Of a stretch of DNA of 7,751 bases, positions 6,353 through 7,751 are shown one piece after another. The notes beneath the pieces were generated by a model. The model did no database searches. It saw nothing but the letters and a program-made list of their open reading frames with translations, and was not told the DNA's origin. Where the stretch lies: IMG/VR virus record IMGVR_UViG_2698536571_000012; one strand, given 5' to 3'. Source of the DNA: a virus (Duplodnaviria > Heunggongvirae > Uroviricota > Caudoviricetes). Made by a program: the position numbers and the translations under genes. How positions within the stretch are numbered: the first letter of the stretch is position 1; each line of letters starts with the position of its first letter.

Positions 6353-7305
6353 TAAAACATTCCTCCACCATAAACACGTCTGACTTTAACTTTTTCTTTC
6401 TTTGGCTCGGTGTGAGTTTTCTTTTTTGGTGTAAAAGTAAAATCATCGTCACTATCATCAAAGTCATCGAGGTCACTAACCTTGTTCTTTAGCTTCGCAT
6501 TTCTGAATCTTTCTTTAATTTCTGCTTTACGCTGTTCACGTTTCAATTCCTCTTCAGGGTCTTCTTCATCATCAAGGTCAACATCCGGTAATTCATCATC
6601 AGTGGCGGGGCACTGTGTGTTTTTATGGTCACTACTAGCAATCACATCAGAGATTTTATCTTCCTTTTTAACGACCTCTTTAGCAGCTTCACTATCAAGG
6701 TCATCTAAGTCAGATGTTTTAACAGTCTCTTTAATAGCCTCTTCAATACCAAGAGAATCACATTCATGTGAATCACAGAGCGAAGCTCCCTTCTTAAAAT
6801 ATTCTTCTTCAAAGTCATCTTCTTTATTGTTATTAATAAGTTCTTTCTTGTTATTACTGTTATTATACGTGTCAAAGATTTTGACTGACTGAGTAAAAAA
6901 TTTTGACTCAGTGGGTAAAGAATTTTGACTCAGTGGGTCATCTTTCTTGACTGACTGAGTAACTTTAGACTCCAGCTTTGCCTTTCTGGCTTCCTTAGCT
7001 GTAAGCTCTGTTAAAACCTCCGGTACTTCATCAAGTGAATAAACTTTAATAACACACTGATTGCTTGCAACGTTAGTTTTCTTGATTAAACCATGTGCCT
7101 CAAGTTGTTTCATACATGCAATCACGGATGTTCTTGTGATTCCAGCATACTGACCAAGATGAGCATATGAAGGGGTATAATATTGCCCCTTATCGTGATA
7201 AAACTTTTGTTCATTCAACATGACAGTGTAAATAATACGGTCGGCAGCTTTAACGCCATTAGTCATCTGATAAATACGGTCATCAAACATGTGGAATTTT
7301 TCCAT
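6352..7305 (-). CDS. Phage replication initiator (lambda-O-like organiser) with internal origin, 317 aa
   Basis: Start reassigned to ATG 7305-7303 (MEKFHMFDD...) with AAGGAAAA RBS; the track's GTG start at 7362 adds an implausible 19-aa leader. N-terminal winged-helix-like segment (YAHLGQYAGITRTSVIACMKQLEAHGLIKK), a central linker encoded by the iterons, and a strongly acidic C-terminal tail (SDLDDLD, DVDLDDEEDPEEE, SDLDDFDDSDDDF). Confidence 0.75.
   Translation of the reverse strand: MEKFHMFDDRIYQMTNGVKAADRIIYTVMLNEQKFYHDKGQYYTPSYAHLGQYAGITRTSVIACMKQLEAHGLIKKTNVASNQCVIKVYSLDEVPEVLTELTAKEARKAKLESKVTQSVKKDDPLSQNSLPTESKFFTQSVKIFDTYNNSNNKKELINNNKEDDFEEEYFKKGASLCDSHECDSLGIEEAIKETVKTSDLDDLDSEAAKEVVKKEDKISDVIASSDHKNTQCPATDDELPDVDLDDEEDPEEELKREQRKAEIKERFRNAKLKNKVSDLDDFDDSDDDFTFTPKKKTHTEPKKEKVKVRRVYGGGMF
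6790..6870. other. AT-rich tract adjacent to the iterons (candidate DNA-unwinding element of the origin)
   Basis: About 80 bp of mostly A/T (ttcttaaaatattcttcttcaaagtcatcttctttattgttattaataagttctttcttgttattactgttattatacg) directly next to the iteron array, inside the initiator ORF. Confidence 0.55.
6879..6962. repeat. Iteron array: four 18-bp direct repeats at exact 22-bp phasing
   Basis: TTTTGACTGACTGAGTAA (6879-6896), TTTTGACTCAGTGGGTAA (6901-6918), TTTTGACTCAGTGGGTCA (6923-6940), TCTTGACTGACTGAGTAA (6945-6962), plus a degenerate copy TTTAGACTCCAG (6965-6976). Confidence 0.8.
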
Positions 7306-7458
7306 TATATTTTCCTTTTTAAAAATAAAACAAAGAAAGGGCTGACCACGTATAGTGACCAACCCCAGAGGGAGTGAATTAATTAGAAGATGGACTGATA
7401 AAGGAACTCAGAAGCCTGAGCGATTACGCGAGTATTAACAGCAAAAGGAAAAGCCTTG

Positions 7459-7488
7459 ATTGAATAAGAGGCCGTGAAAATCTGTCAA
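7459..7488 (-). promoter_or_regulatory. Candidate sigma70 promoter for the replication operon
   Basis: On the minus strand, consensus TTGACA (plus 7488-7483), 18-bp spacer, TTCAAT (plus 7464-7459). The -10 is weak (no A at position 2), so this is tentative. Confidence 0.3.
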
Positions 7489-7610
7489 TACCCTGACGCC
7501 TCCCAACGTTGTAACCTCTTAATGTTCTGAGTTCTTTTATCACCCCATATAAAAACCATAACAGATGTGATTATAAATTGCAACAATTATTTCACAGAAT
7601 AATTACTGAT

Positions 7611-7673
7611 TGGTCATTTATTGTTCACAGGGATACTTCTTAATATCTGAATCACCTATCTTGTAAATGACCA
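7611..7673. repeat. 10-bp perfect inverted repeat TGGTCATTTA / TAAATGACCA (candidate operator)
   Basis: Arms at 7611-7620 and 7664-7673, 43 bp apart, in the untranslated region upstream of the replication operon. Confidence 0.6.
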
Positions 7674-7751
7674 TATTTATGAGAATTTTAGCTCAACCTT
7701 TGAGCAATCCTGTATGACGTGCTCAGAGGCATTCTGAGAGCATCTGCAATG

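Noticed and set aside
6482-6892. Plus-strand 136-aa ORF inside the replication initiator gene
   Set aside because: Ser/Leu-rich low-complexity translation, which is the expected antisense shadow of the GA-rich acidic codons of the initiator tail. No RBS.
6879-6976. Possible CRISPR array (regularly spaced direct repeats)
   Set aside because: The repeats are 18 bp with only 4-bp spacers, lie inside a protein-coding frame, and there are no cas genes or leader. The pattern fits replication iterons instead.
7183-7377. Plus-strand 64-aa ORF overlapping the initiator start region
   Set aside because: Overlaps the initiator N-terminus and its RBS in antisense; no RBS of its own.
7566-7596. CRP-like site (TGTGA ... 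TCACA)
   Set aside because: The half-sites are separated by 21 bp rather than the 6 bp required for CRP. Retained only as part of the general operator-like repeat family.

Overview
AT-rich segment (roughly 60% A+T by eye, not computed) that reads as part of a temperate phage or prophage-like element from a low-GC Gram-negative host. Almost all coding is on the minus strand, transcribed from high to low coordinates. In that order: a lambda-O-like replication initiator whose gene contains its own iteron origin (6352-7305); a translationally coupled 98-aa gene; a coupled three-gene operon of small proteins led by a ribbon-helix-helix-like protein (5006-5732); a 101-aa gene; a 475-bp ORF-free island dense in repeats and dyads (4079-4553); two genes of unknown function (236 aa, 68 aa); a strong intrinsic terminator; a 726-aa tail tape measure protein (858-3038); and a downstream gene broken by a frame change (23-701). 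The only plus-strand gene is a self-contained promoter-ORF-terminator cassette for a 58-aa single-pass membrane protein (5870-6046), wedged convergently against the replication operon. No rRNA, tRNA, CRISPR array, integrase or transposase is visible. Only the tape measure protein and the replication initiator are named with any confidence; all other product ideas are inferences from motifs and gene order, and no database search or folding computation was run.
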